A stretch of DNA of 64,000 nucleotides, taken from positions 3,072,001-3,136,000 of the forward strand of contig CH464491.1 of assembly GCA_000002445.1 (NCBI GenBank), read 5' to 3'. The notes beneath the pieces are model-generated. The model was not told the origin of the DNA. It did no database searches and saw only the letters and a list, made by a program, of their open reading frames with translations. This document shows, one piece after another, positions 21,005 to 32,200 of this stretch. Within the stretch, counting starts at the first letter, position 1; each line of letters opens with the position of its first letter. The stretch comes from Trypanosoma brucei (taxonomy: Eukaryota). A program made the translations under genes and the position numbers.

Positions 21005-22828
21005 ATGTTTCGTCGTAGCCTTTCCCGCCGTAGTCTGCAGTATCAACCATGCTTCAAGGACCTTAGCTTCCTCGTGGAAGACGTGTTTAACATGTATGCG
21101 CACTATGAAAAACTTGGGTACACCAACGTCAAGAGGGAATTTCTTACCAACCTTCTTGCTGAAGCTGGAACCCTCGCCACAACGTCACTTCTGCCGCTAT
21201 ACTCTTCTAGTGACGTTGAGGGATGTCAGTGGCTGCAGAATAGCCAAGTTGGTACACCAAAAGGTTTCGAGGCCGCTTATAAGACACTGTGCAGTAAGGG
21301 ATGGATCGGTATTAGCCAACCACTGGAGTTTGGCGGCAAAGCGTTGCCATACTCAGTTGGTAGTATCACGCGAGAGGTCATGGAAACAGCAAATCCACCA
21401 CTTTTAACGTATGCCACCCAAAGCATAGGAGCAGCTGAGGCGCTGATGACATGTGTAAGCGCGAAGAAACATGAAATGTTTCTCAGGCGGCTAGTTTCTG
21501 GGGAATGGAGCGGTTCGTTGAGCCTCACCGAGGGGCAAAGCGGAGCGGCTGAAGGAGTGGTTACGGCAGAGCGGGCACAAGATGGGACATACAACTTGAC
21601 GGGGACGAGGAATTTTATCTTGGCCGGGGACCATAACCTCACAGCAAATGTGCTTTATGTTGTGCTGGCACGATTACCTTCCTCACAGGCGACAGGCACC
21701 GACTTGTCGCTGTTCCTGGTTCCGCGCCACGTACCAAAGTCGGATGGATCGCTGGAAACTGAAAGGAATGTAAAATGCCTTGGATTAGAGGCCACCATGG
21801 GCATGAAGGGTAGCTCCATCTGTCGAATGGGGTTCGACAATTCGACCGGCTACTTTGTTGGGGAGTTCAATTCGGGTGTGAAGCGGACGGTAACTACCAC
21901 GAACACGGCGGCCGTTGCAGCTGCAGTGCAGGGTGTCTGCCACGCTGAACTTGCTTTTCAAAATGCCCTTTCACGAACTCGTGGGTGCAACTCACAGTGC
22001 ACGTCGGAGAGTAGTACATGTGCAGAAGGTACCAGCACCGTATTAATACCCGACGCGAACATGCGTTTGAGTATACTCTTTGCCAAAGCCGTGGCCGAGG
22101 GAGGTAGGGCGCTTTCGTTAGATGTTTCACGACTTCTTGACATTTACCACAACACGACGGATGCCACCGCGCGTGAGGGGATGGGGAACAAAATTAACTT
22201 TTACTCCACTATAGCCAATACGTGCCTAACCACATGGAATTTTCAGGCCATCTCCCGTTGCCTGTGGATGTGGAGTCCGCAAGGTGTTGTGAAGGGCAAT
22301 GATATGGAGCAGATTTTGCGCGACGCCCGCGCTGCTGCGCAGCACAGTGGTGTTATGACGTCCAATTCAGTTGAATTCCTCAATCGGCACATATTGCCTC
22401 TGCACACGGAGGAGGTCGCAACCTTTGGCAGTAATGTTCGTGCGCTGGTGCGGCCATATCTTTTTTCGAGGGGTACCATCGGTCAGTGTGCCCGGCGTCT
22501 GTGGCTACTCCAAAAACAGTGGCGGTTGGGTATTGCCAAGGTGAAGATGTTAGCCATGCAAGAGCCCGATAGCGTCGGCGCTGTGTCGGAGGATGTAATC
22601 ATGTACGCGGGTTACATGGTGTTGGCGTACAATTGGTTACGTATGGCCACAGTGGCACAAAAACTTATTGACTCTGGGAAAGATGTAGACGGCTTCTATC
22701 GGTGTAAGGTGGATGTTTGTCAGTATGTCTTTCAGTACTTGGTACCGTACGCGGATGCGCACTTTCAGATTATGCAGAACGGCGCCAGCGTCATGAAAAG
22801 TTGCGAGTCGACATGGGATCTTAGGTGA
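21005..22828 (+). CDS. Acyl-CoA dehydrogenase-family (ACAD/AidB-like) protein, probable mitochondrial presequence
   Basis: The N-terminus MFRRSLSRRSL is an Arg/Ser-rich presequence. The ACAD N-domain motif GWIGISQPLEFGGKAL matches GxxGxxxPEEYGGxG. The middle beta-domain SLSLTEGQSGAAEGVVTAERAQDGTYNLTGTRNFI matches xLTEPxAGSDxxxxxTxAxxxGDxYxLNGxKxFI. The C-terminal helical domain has FSRGTIGQ where ACADs have YEGT. Several catalytic positions look substituted, so it is a divergent member. Total length is 607 aa. Confidence 0.6.
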   Translation: MFRRSLSRRSLQYQPCFKDLSFLVEDVFNMYAHYEKLGYTNVKREFLTNLLAEAGTLATTSLLPLYSSSDVEGCQWLQNSQVGTPKGFEAAYKTLCSKGWIGISQPLEFGGKALPYSVGSITREVMETANPPLLTYATQSIGAAEALMTCVSAKKHEMFLRRLVSGEWSGSLSLTEGQSGAAEGVVTAERAQDGTYNLTGTRNFILAGDHNLTANVLYVVLARLPSSQATGTDLSLFLVPRHVPKSDGSLETERNVKCLGLEATMGMKGSSICRMGFDNSTGYFVGEFNSGVKRTVTTTNTAAVAAAVQGVCHAELAFQNALSRTRGCNSQCTSESSTCAEGTSTVLIPDANMRLSILFAKAVAEGGRALSLDVSRLLDIYHNTTDATAREGMGNKINFYSTIANTCLTTWNFQAISRCLWMWSPQGVVKGNDMEQILRDARAAAQHSGVMTSNSVEFLNRHILPLHTEEVATFGSNVRALVRPYLFSRGTIGQCARRLWLLQKQWRLGIAKVKMLAMQEPDSVGAVSEDVIMYAGYMVLAYNWLRMATVAQKLIDSGKDVDGFYRCKVDVCQYVFQYLVPYADAHFQIMQNGASVMKSCESTWDLR

Positions 22829-23952
22829 TAACTCGAGCTTTTTTTCCTTCGCAACATTTCGAATGCTTAACAGGACGACGGATTGAAGTTTCTTTGTTCA
22901 TGTGCAGGAAAGGAGACACGTAAGCTGTGTACTTGCGTTGTTGTTGTTACTGTGATAATTTGACGTTGAATTCACGAAAAAAAACTCTGTCAGGGAGGGG
23001 AATGTTACGTGGAAGACACGTACTCACCTACTTTAGTTTTGATGTGCTTACCCCACTAATTATTTTTCTATGAGGTGGCAAGGAAGGAAAGGTTGTTGTT
23101 TTATCGTTATTGGACTAACTTCGCATCAATCAGGAAGGCTGTGGGGGCGAACGAATGCTCCAACAAAGTTCAGGTGAACTCTGGTTCTGTTTCTAGTTGG
23201 TGAAAAGGAAGAAAGAGAGGCACCCGTGTTTCTGTTTATGTAGTTGTTTACGTTGCTGGAAACAAGCTTATAGTGGCCACTTCTTGTTATTACTATTATT
23301 TATTTTATTTTACTGTTTTCGAGTTTCGAATATTCATAGCATGACGTTTGTCGAACCGGCGAAAGATTCGAAACATCGTCGTTGATCCACCGAGTAGGTT
23401 TGTTCAACGGTTCTACTCCTTTCATGTCGTTTTTAACTATCGAATTCATTCCATTTATTAATCACCACGGCAGCGACTTCCCTTACGTGTCTTGGGATCG
23501 TTGCTGTTGAGCGCAGCGGGGATTTGAAGTGGGGAGGCAAATGAATAGCATTATCTGCACGATTGCACGAGCGGTGGCGGACATTGACTTCCTGAATCCA
23601 GGGCGAGGTATTAGTTCGCTACTGCAGTGCTGCTACCCGCCAATAGGTGTGGCTAACTTATTTTAACTTGCGTTCCCCCACTTTTTTTTACCTCCAAGAT
23701 GCCAAGTGGCCATTAGAAATGCTACTCTTGTTGATTTCTTTTTTTTTGTTGTTGTTGTTGTTCTTTATGTTTTCCGCCAAAATTTTAATGGTGCCTAACA
23801 AAAGGAAGGGAGAGGGAAGAGAACTCACCATTACCATACTTGGGGTAGACGAATAGTGGGATATATATTTCTTTGCTCCTTACTTGCAGGAGACACGAAG
23901 AGAGGGAGAAAAGGTGAATTCTCTGCCGCACACGGCTCAGATTCCATTCTAA

Positions 23953-25614
23953 ATGGCGGCAACAGGTTCACGAGAAGAAATGATGGAGGCCTTGAATAAG
24001 GCAAGACAGGCAATGGCCCGTCGTGTTCCGACTCCAACGGCGTCAACAGTACAATCATCATCCGAACATGATCCGTCGGCGAATGTCGGCGTTTTACAGA
24101 TATATGATGCTGCAGATACCTCGTTATGTCGCCATGCTCGCCCGTCGGAAGCAAAAGACAATCGCGCCCACTTCTTCGAAACATGGTGTAAGAAGATCGA
24201 GGTGTTCGTTGCGGATCCGACTAAAACGACGTTAGAGCTTCCCCCTGAACTGTGCGCGAACGACCGTAGGGAGCTTCACAATCTTGCGGAGAAATATAAT
24301 CTCAGTCACCATTCCCGTGGCACGGGGGCGACACGACATCTTGTGCTGAAGAAAGATGCGCTGCACTATAGAATGCCTGATGCTGCTCCAGCCAACATTG
24401 AAGCAATAAAGCGGGACCCTGGAACGAAAGAGTCTAAATTTCACCTTCGTCGCGTAAAGCAGAACCCTGAGGCCCCAGCTGGGTCGATGGGCGCCTTCGG
24501 TGATGAAACGACTGCCGCAATGGTGCACCGCTTGGTGCGTGCAACAGACGAGTATCGAAGAGCAGTCAATGTTGGGTATACTCAAGATGAGCTACTCGCT
24601 TTCGAAACCGGTGAATCAGTTGAGGGAATCCTCCGTAGCGGCGGAGAGCGAGACGCACAGCCCGCAACAAATGCCGATGTTGAGGATCCCACGGGATTAT
24701 GTGCTTCGCCCCCCCGCGCGCGAATTACCGGCGGAGCGGATTACGAGGCGCGCGCGAAGGACTCTTCCGCTGGGGAGAAGTCGAAGGCGGTCTACGATGA
24801 GATGTGTCTTCGGTGCCAGACTCGGTCTCGTGTGGATTATGATATACAGAAATGGGATTGCAATGGGTATTGTGCGAAGTGCACTGCGCAGACCATTTGG
24901 AAACTTGTGGAGGTAGAAAATAGCACGGGAATGAGAAGTGCTCAGCGGAAGCATACTCGCGAAGAGTTCGAGAAAGCCGACGAAGCGCTTCCGCAAGAGG
25001 TGCAGCAACCCGAAGAAATCGATAAGGATAACGATGAGGATGATACGATCACGGTGGAAGATGTGGTGGATATGGCGAGCATGAATGACTTTAGCGCTGC
25101 GGATGTGAATTGGATTCGCCGCTTTGCAGTACATCACAGTTCAAAGGAGGTTTGCTGCTCTCTCAGCACACACATAGTGTTTTGCATCGAATTCAACGAC
25201 TTATTGACCATGCGTATTTTCCGTCCCTTCCTTAAGCTACAGGGGAGCACAGACAGCAGCGATGAAAAGAAACGAACAAAGAACGAGTGTGGAGCGTCCT
25301 CTGATGGTTCAACTCTTACTGAAACTCATGGCGCATGGTTTGTGTGGCTACGCGAAGTGAAGCCGGCGGGTGTGGCGCTTTCCACACTGCTAGATGAATT
25401 GGCGGGTTGTACGCCCGAGGGCTACGACCGACTTTGCGTCGCCTTCCCGAACATGTCTGTGTACGGCACGGAGGCAAGCTGTGTGTGCCTTGTCAAACCA
25501 GGCGTGCTGAATATGGAGGGCCTTCAAGCAATGCGGCAGAAGTACGGTGAGCAGAATTTCCGCCTCGCCCAGGAGTTGGAGGTTGCTCTTGCGGGCGATA
25601 GCAAGCCCGCGTAA
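23953..25614 (+). CDS. R3H-domain protein with a C-terminal Cys cluster (putative single-stranded nucleic-acid binding)
   Basis: LELPPELCANDRRELHNLAEKYNLSHHSRGTGATRHLVLKK fits the R3H pattern (L-x-F/L-P-x-L-x3-R-x2-I/L-H-x-L-A-x3-G/N-L-x-S-x-S-x-G-x-G-x2-R-x-V/L-x-V/L). Downstream lies CLRCQTRSRVDYDIQKWDCNGYCAKCTAQ, a possible zinc-binding module. I recognise no other homology. Confidence 0.55.
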   Translation: MAATGSREEMMEALNKARQAMARRVPTPTASTVQSSSEHDPSANVGVLQIYDAADTSLCRHARPSEAKDNRAHFFETWCKKIEVFVADPTKTTLELPPELCANDRRELHNLAEKYNLSHHSRGTGATRHLVLKKDALHYRMPDAAPANIEAIKRDPGTKESKFHLRRVKQNPEAPAGSMGAFGDETTAAMVHRLVRATDEYRRAVNVGYTQDELLAFETGESVEGILRSGGERDAQPATNADVEDPTGLCASPPRARITGGADYEARAKDSSAGEKSKAVYDEMCLRCQTRSRVDYDIQKWDCNGYCAKCTAQTIWKLVEVENSTGMRSAQRKHTREEFEKADEALPQEVQQPEEIDKDNDEDDTITVEDVVDMASMNDFSAADVNWIRRFAVHHSSKEVCCSLSTHIVFCIEFNDLLTMRIFRPFLKLQGSTDSSDEKKRTKNECGASSDGSTLTETHGAWFVWLREVKPAGVALSTLLDELAGCTPEGYDRLCVAFPNMSVYGTEASCVCLVKPGVLNMEGLQAMRQKYGEQNFRLAQELEVALAGDSKPA

Positions 25615-25939
25615 GCACCGATGCAGTGCTTTCGCATCTTTTTTTTTGTACGGGACGTTCACGGATTTAGTACGTGTTTCACTAAGAGTACAGTGATTCC
25701 TCCCTGTTCACTTTTTCTTCTTTTATTATTCTCTGTGTGCTGTGGAATATGCAAACGCGGATAGGTCTGCTTACACGAGCCTCTACGCGTTTACATTCTC
25801 AGTCAGTCTCAGCGATGAACCGTCGGTAATAAAAGCTTTACGGTTCTTCCCCCAAGAGAAGAAAACAAAAAAAGATAAGCTAACTTACGAGGGAAGGGAA
25901 GAAAGGCCTCCTCTTGTGCATTCATCTCCCACCTGCTGC

Positions 25940-28378
25940 ATGCGCCTGGCTGCTGAATCTTCTCTTGTCTTCTTTGTATCACACTTTTACTTTGAACGTT
26001 TTTTTTCTTTTGTGATGGTTGCTTACACACTTGATACGCTGTTTGCGTCAGACATAGACAGTGCGACTTTGTTTTATTCAGAAGGTTGTGGCCCCATTCG
26101 CCTTGTGGCCCTGTCAGCACAGATGCGGCGCTTAGTGCGTCTCGGGCCTATTCGCGTCGCGAAGGCGTGCGTTGAAGTGCGGCCAATGGCACCCACAAAA
26201 GAATTTTTTGAGGAAGGCCGTCAGTTGCAGCACATTGAGGCTGCTGGCGTTGGTGATTTCCCCGATAGTGAACGCAGCGGTGACACCTTTGTCAATCCAT
26301 TCACAGGACGCCTTACGCCAACTTGGGGGCGTGTGGCGAAGGAACTTTTCTCCCTTGGGTTTGAACACAGCATTGTGAACCCCTTTCGGCTTGTTTGGAA
26401 TCCCACGAAAGCTGCACTGGTAAGCGACGCTGCACTGCAACCGTTCCGGACTTCAACGGTAACGTGGCGAAGAAACCTCGCAGCACTACTGTCCCGGAGA
26501 GATGCTGCGGATGCGGTGGGGGAAGAGATCCATCGTCTGTACAATGAAATCACAAGCGCGTATTTACCACCCAAATTGGATACCATGCATGACCCTCGTC
26601 TGTCGACGATGACAATGACACCCGATCAGCAAAATGTTATTAGGTGTGCTCTCCGCGGGTACAGCATGTTCATTGGTGGAAGTGCCGGAACAGGTAAAAC
26701 GGTGCTGCTAAAGGCAATTCACAGAAAACTTACTGAGATGGGATTGCGAGTGGCCATGACAGCAACGACGGGCGTCGCGTCCGTACAGTTAGGTGGCTGC
26801 ACGTTTCATCTGGCATTTGGTGTACCCATCAAGGGGGAAGAGGGAACAAGGAAACGATGGGACTCCAATGCGTTTCGTGCAGTGGATGTGGTGATTATTG
26901 ATGAGGTTTCGTTACTGGACGCAGAACTGTTTGAAACCTTTGAGGAAGAGGCCCGAATGGCTCGATTGCAACAGTCGCCGTTTGGTGGGCTTCAGGTGAT
27001 CGCGTGTGGAGATTTTCTGCAGCTTGCAATGATGGACGTAAGCATTGGTGGCCCGTGCTATCAAAGTCATGCCTTTCGACATCTTATTCCCGTCTGTTTA
27101 GTTACTTCAATGCGCCAAGCGCAGGGCGATCCATTCTGCGAGTTGCTAGGGCAGCTGCGTGTGGGCAAGTTTGACAAGAAAGCCTTCAAAGCATTGGATC
27201 GTCCCGTAAGTGGGGACGCAAACAATGTTACGTACATATTCCCAAGGCGCTGTGATGCACAGAGGTTGAACGATGAGAAACTGTGCGAGTTGCGAAGCGA
27301 AGAAATGATATTTGCTCCACAGCGGGGTCCCCTTCAGCTGGTTGGGAATTTCACTCCAGCTGGTCTGGTAGACTGGGGACGGAAAAAGGACTTTCCCAAG
27401 CGTGAAAAGATCATTACAGTACTTTCTGAGGAAATCAAAAGAATTACCGGAGTGGACATTGTGGACCATAATATTGTAGTGATGCCCGCCGGTGGGGAGA
27501 AGAACGCGGTTCTCATTCGTCTCCGCCACTCAGAAGATAGAAATGTGCTGATATGCAAGAATGGCGGGTCCAAAGAACACGGTGCTAGCAATGAAGGGGG
27601 CGCTGAAGAGAGTCATTGGAGAGCTATATTAGAAGCAACTGCTGGGCGACTCAAGGGAAAGCTTCATCAGATTTACAATCAGGATCCGCACAACTTTATT
27701 CCTCCAAGTGTGTCTTTAATGCTTGCCGATGCTTCTTTGCATCCCAATGCCGAACTCATCTCACCACTTCGACTAAAGCTTGGCTGCCGCGTAATGATTA
27801 ACAGAAACCTCTCACGAACTGTATCCAATGGTAGTGTAGGTATTGTAGAGGCGTTTGCTGCACCCAACTTGGATCTATTTCCCCGCCGCCATGAGACATC
27901 ACCAAAAGCATTCCACACTTGGTCTTTGGAGAGGAATGGATTCCAGCGACTGCCTATTGTCCGTCTACTCAGTGGTGAAGTGGTGCAGCTCCCACCTCTT
28001 TCTGTCATGATTGGTGGCACTCCATCGACTTATTTTTACGGTCATGAACTGTTCGTGCTCCCACTGCAGTTAGGTTACGGCTTCACAGTACACAAAGTCC
28101 AGGGGCTAACACTTGAGGGAACTGTGGTCCTGGATTGTAAGAAATTTTTCGAGTGCCCACATCTCGTCTACGTGGCCTGCTCCCGCGTACGTTCTATGGA
28201 CCAACTGATCGTCAGGAACGTGCGGAGTGATATGATTATTGTTCGACAAAGTGCTTTGGACTTCACAAATGCACTGAGGGATGCGTCTGTGATGTCAAGC
28301 CTCGATCCGCCGGATGGCTGCACCCGAGCCTCTTGGGTGCGCCGTCTCAGTCCGTTACTTGTTGGTTTGACGGACTGA
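25940..28378 (+). CDS. PIF1-family 5'-3' DNA helicase
   Basis: Walker A (GSAGTGKT), motif Ia (MTATTGVASVQLGG), Walker B (VVIIDEVSLLDAELFE) and the PIF1-signature-like LQVIACGDFLQL all fall in the expected order. C-terminal helicase motifs (GFTVHKVQGLTLE, YVACSRVRS) are also present. The ORF-track start at 25742 is GTG, and in-frame ATGs occur at 25940, 26015 and 26123. The 26123 ATG gives MRRLVRLGPIRVAKA, a presequence-like N-terminus, so the 5' boundary is uncertain. Confidence 0.8.
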   Translation: MRLAAESSLVFFVSHFYFERFFSFVMVAYTLDTLFASDIDSATLFYSEGCGPIRLVALSAQMRRLVRLGPIRVAKACVEVRPMAPTKEFFEEGRQLQHIEAAGVGDFPDSERSGDTFVNPFTGRLTPTWGRVAKELFSLGFEHSIVNPFRLVWNPTKAALVSDAALQPFRTSTVTWRRNLAALLSRRDAADAVGEEIHRLYNEITSAYLPPKLDTMHDPRLSTMTMTPDQQNVIRCALRGYSMFIGGSAGTGKTVLLKAIHRKLTEMGLRVAMTATTGVASVQLGGCTFHLAFGVPIKGEEGTRKRWDSNAFRAVDVVIIDEVSLLDAELFETFEEEARMARLQQSPFGGLQVIACGDFLQLAMMDVSIGGPCYQSHAFRHLIPVCLVTSMRQAQGDPFCELLGQLRVGKFDKKAFKALDRPVSGDANNVTYIFPRRCDAQRLNDEKLCELRSEEMIFAPQRGPLQLVGNFTPAGLVDWGRKKDFPKREKIITVLSEEIKRITGVDIVDHNIVVMPAGGEKNAVLIRLRHSEDRNVLICKNGGSKEHGASNEGGAEESHWRAILEATAGRLKGKLHQIYNQDPHNFIPPSVSLMLADASLHPNAELISPLRLKLGCRVMINRNLSRTVSNGSVGIVEAFAAPNLDLFPRRHETSPKAFHTWSLERNGFQRLPIVRLLSGEVVQLPPLSVMIGGTPSTYFYGHELFVLPLQLGYGFTVHKVQGLTLEGTVVLDCKKFFECPHLVYVACSRVRSMDQLIVRNVRSDMIIVRQSALDFTNALRDASVMSSLDPPDGCTRASWVRRLSPLLVGLTD

Positions 28379-29207
28379 TTACTAGGTATATTCTTCACTA
28401 TCCATATACTGTAGCGCATCATTGGTCCAATGTCCAACACGCCAGTAGACGACCCCTTTTGTTACATAGGGACCAACAGCTCCAGTTGTGCCTACACATT
28501 TCTCACGGAATGGTTTTTACTCATCTCTTTCCCATTTTCCTTTTTTTTCTTCTTGAAATTTGCCTTCTTGCTTGACTGTCCGCTTGCCATAATGGCTGTC
28601 CCTTTTTTTGTTTTCACACTTATCGTGTTCCCGTGTACCTCTATCGAAGGAGGCGATGCACTTACTGATTCTTCCCTATTTTTTTTTCGTTTTAATCACA
28701 GACCCTGTAATTCATCACAAAAGTGACCTCTCTGAGGTTTCATTTGTTTATATGTTTTTATTTACTTGTTTTCCTTGTCATCTACACTATTTATAGTTTG
28801 TCACTTTCTTCCCCCACATGTTGTGTGCCGTGATGAACGGCACATAATCCAATCGGATGCGAACACACGTCATACCAAGTGTTGGATCCAATGCTTATTA
28901 ATTTTTTTAAGTCTCCGTAACAAAAGCCCGTGCGCCGTGTCCGCGCTTTACTACCGTTTTTTTTTGCTCTGTAATCACTCTCTTAACTGCAATGTTATTT
29001 CTTCGCCTCCCTTGCTGCCCCGCTCCTTAAATGAAGGAAACAATTTCACAAACACGAGAGGTCAATAATTGCATGAATACTTCCCATAACTGAAGAAGAC
29101 GTTTCAACAGAAGTAGAGAACAAACTCTAACGAAGCAACATAAACCCAACTGGGCTGCAGGCATACATACACCCGCATACACCAACACATAAAAATAGAC
29201 AGATAAC

Positions 29208-29229
29208 ATATATATATATATATATATAT
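29208..29229. repeat. (AT)11 microsatellite
   Basis: Perfect AT run about 60 nt upstream of the 29292 start codon. Confidence 0.9.
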
Positions 29230-29291
29230 TTGCGTATAGAGGTCGTTCGTAAAGAAGCGAAAGAAAAAAACGAAAAAAAACCAGGAAAGGA

Positions 29292-32200
29292 ATGAGCAGG
29301 GCACTTTTATCTAGGAACTCGTGTCTGCTGCGCGCTTATGCCGTGTTGCACCAAGTAGAAGTACTAAGGCAGGAAAATATTCTTAGCCCACTGCCGTCTG
29401 ATAGCGAGGTGAGTTCCGCCAGCGGTAGCAGCGGCGCGTGTTCACCTGTGCTAACTGAAATTAAAGCTGACAGCTCAGCCCACTTGTCGGCATCTGCGGA
29501 TGGCGGTGGAGAATTCAGTTGCAATGGGGATAGTGAAGCGCCTGTCGCGAGCAAGGAAGTAAGTGACGCCGTAAAGAAACTAAGCGATGTCAACACAAAA
29601 GGAGAGGAAGTGATGCCAGTGGAGGACGTTCCGTACAAATGTAGCATTCAACCACAGGAAGATGCTGAGAAAAGACTCTCTCCGAGCTTGTACGCACGTA
29701 CCAAAGTACAGGAGGGGAAAGTGAATAACAACAACATGATGGGGTTCCACTCTCCATGCGCGGTATCCCCGAGATCCCGCTCGGCTTCAGTCTCACCGGA
29801 GGGAGACAAGAAAGTCAAGGTGGGAAGGAATGTCACTGCAGTGGCTGACAGGATTCTACAGCGCTATGGAATTCGCAAAACTGACGAGTGTGCAATGAGC
29901 GATGATAATAATGATGGAAGCGCACTGCAGTCCATGGAGTCTTCACCTTTACGCAGGGAAGAAGAGGATATACGCTCGTCGTTTGGGCCGCGGCAGAACT
30001 GTACGGCTTTAAAGGAATTCAGCTGTATCGATCCTACAACAGCGAAATCGACAGGAGCCCTAGTAAGTTCGTACACCGACTTACAAGAATTCCATAAGCG
30101 GAGCTTACAGAAGAAAGAAAAAGACGAGGAAGATTCCCATCGGGAGCGCCTTGACGAAAAAAAAAAGATGCCGCCGAACGTCTCCCCGTTAGAAACCCAG
30201 ACGTACGACGGTAGTGAGGACCATGAAGACAGATGTGCGACCACCGCCAACGCTGATGTTGACGCCGATGCTAACGGGGATGGTGTACCATTGAAGCCGT
30301 CACTGATGACATCCGCTACCGAAATCCTCGCGTTAAACTCAAAGCGGCTGCAAGAGAAATTGCGGATGATGAAAAGTAGTGCTGGAGGAAACACTACTCA
30401 CTGCCACACATGGTTTGCCGTCACAGCGCTTATGAACACCGACGACGCCATACAACACATTGTCGTTCCCCTTCTTCTTGAGTTGTTGTTGCAGCAGGTT
30501 CCGGAATCTCAACCTGCACCGGCAGACGACAACCCCGTTGTCGCAAGCATTCTTTGTGCCCTCGCTGGCCTCGGGGAACGGGCGATGTCTGCACTACCGA
30601 CACTCTTGCGTTTAATCCATTTGCAGGTTAGCTGCTTGAAGCTTGTTGCACTCACTATACGGGCTGTGGGTGGCGACAGGGGCATGCGCGAACTTTGCAC
30701 CCTCGCGCGCACCGGTTGCGATGGCGGGGAAGCCGGTACCAGGGGCAACCCCGATGTGTGGGCGGCGGTGGTTTACGGCATCAGCGCAATGGCACGGCCT
30801 CTCGTTGGATACACCGCTGTCCACTGTTTACCCACCTTGGAGCACGACGATAGCAGTAACAACCACGAGGCAAGTGGTGTTACCTTTTATCAAAAGCCCA
30901 GTTGTGTAAATTTTGAAAAGTATTGTGGCGGCGATCCCTTAAGGCAGGAGTTAGCTCCTCAGACTCAGCCAACATACGTACCTACGCATGTTGTGATGGA
31001 CGTTGAGCTAGCTCGGTGCAGACTGCAAGGGCTAATTGCCTCATCTCCGTTGCAACCCACTTCAAATAGTTACTTACCGTTGTCCGTTATTCTTCGGGAT
31101 TTCGTGCAGGTCGTAACCCTTCTGTGGAATCAGCGAATGCAGTGCCTGCTTCCAGAAACGGTAAGGTTGGAACTTCAACCCCGTGGAGATGAAGTTGACC
31201 CTAGTTTGAACACGGCGGAGTATCACCTGCCGTACTCATATGACCCGCACTATATTGGGCGTGAGGACGACCTATTTGCGATCGAAGAGACGCTCGTAAC
31301 CCTACTTCTTGAGCGCTTCACTCCAACAGTTGTGTTGGAGCAGACGCTGCTTTCTCTTGCGTCGCTTCCTGCCTTCGCCACGACACACGTGGCGGCCCCC
31401 GTGCTCGACTTTTTGGAACAATTCACGGAACGGTTTCTGAGGCAGCAACAAGAGTGTGCCGGCAAGGGGTTCGCTTACATCAACCAGGAGGCTGTTGTTG
31501 TTGTGGGACTTGTTGCACTGGGTCGACTTGCTCGTAATGCTAAAACACCGCAAGCAGTAGCCGATGCAGCATGCGAGTTGCTCCTGCAAAACATTTCCTC
31601 CCCACATTGGCGGGTGCGCGATGCCGCATGCGCAGGGTTGGGGGAGCTGGGTGTTACGACTAATAGAGCAGACACAGTTATACAAGTCGTTACCGATTGT
31701 TTAAACGATGCTGGAGTGAACCCAGAGACGGCCGCTTGGGCACTCTCTCGCATGGGGGCACGGGGTGTTCGCATTCTACTGGATCGAGTTGTGACTCAAC
31801 CGGGGGGTGCAACGGCTGAAGCTGACTCATACGGCGTCGGTGAAACTGAGCCCCTGTCCGCGTCGACGCGGATTGCTTGTGTACGCGCCCTTCCGAAGGC
31901 TGAGGTGTTGGCTATGCCGTCAGGTGGATCTGACAGAGTCCGGGGCCTTCGCGAAGAGGTTCTCAGGCAGCTTGGGGTTTTTATAACTGTGAACAATGGG
32001 GAAGAAAGCATTGCGTTAGAATGTGTTTATGCCCTCGCTGAGCTTCTGCGAATGAGTTGTGGCGACCCAGACAAGGTTGATGTTTCACGGGGCGAGGAGG
32101 CGCTTGCCTGTTGCCTGACCTACGAGCCTAGCGAGACGTTTGACGTGTTCAAAACCCTGATAGAGGCAACGGATTTGCCATGTTCGATTCTGAAGGCCCT

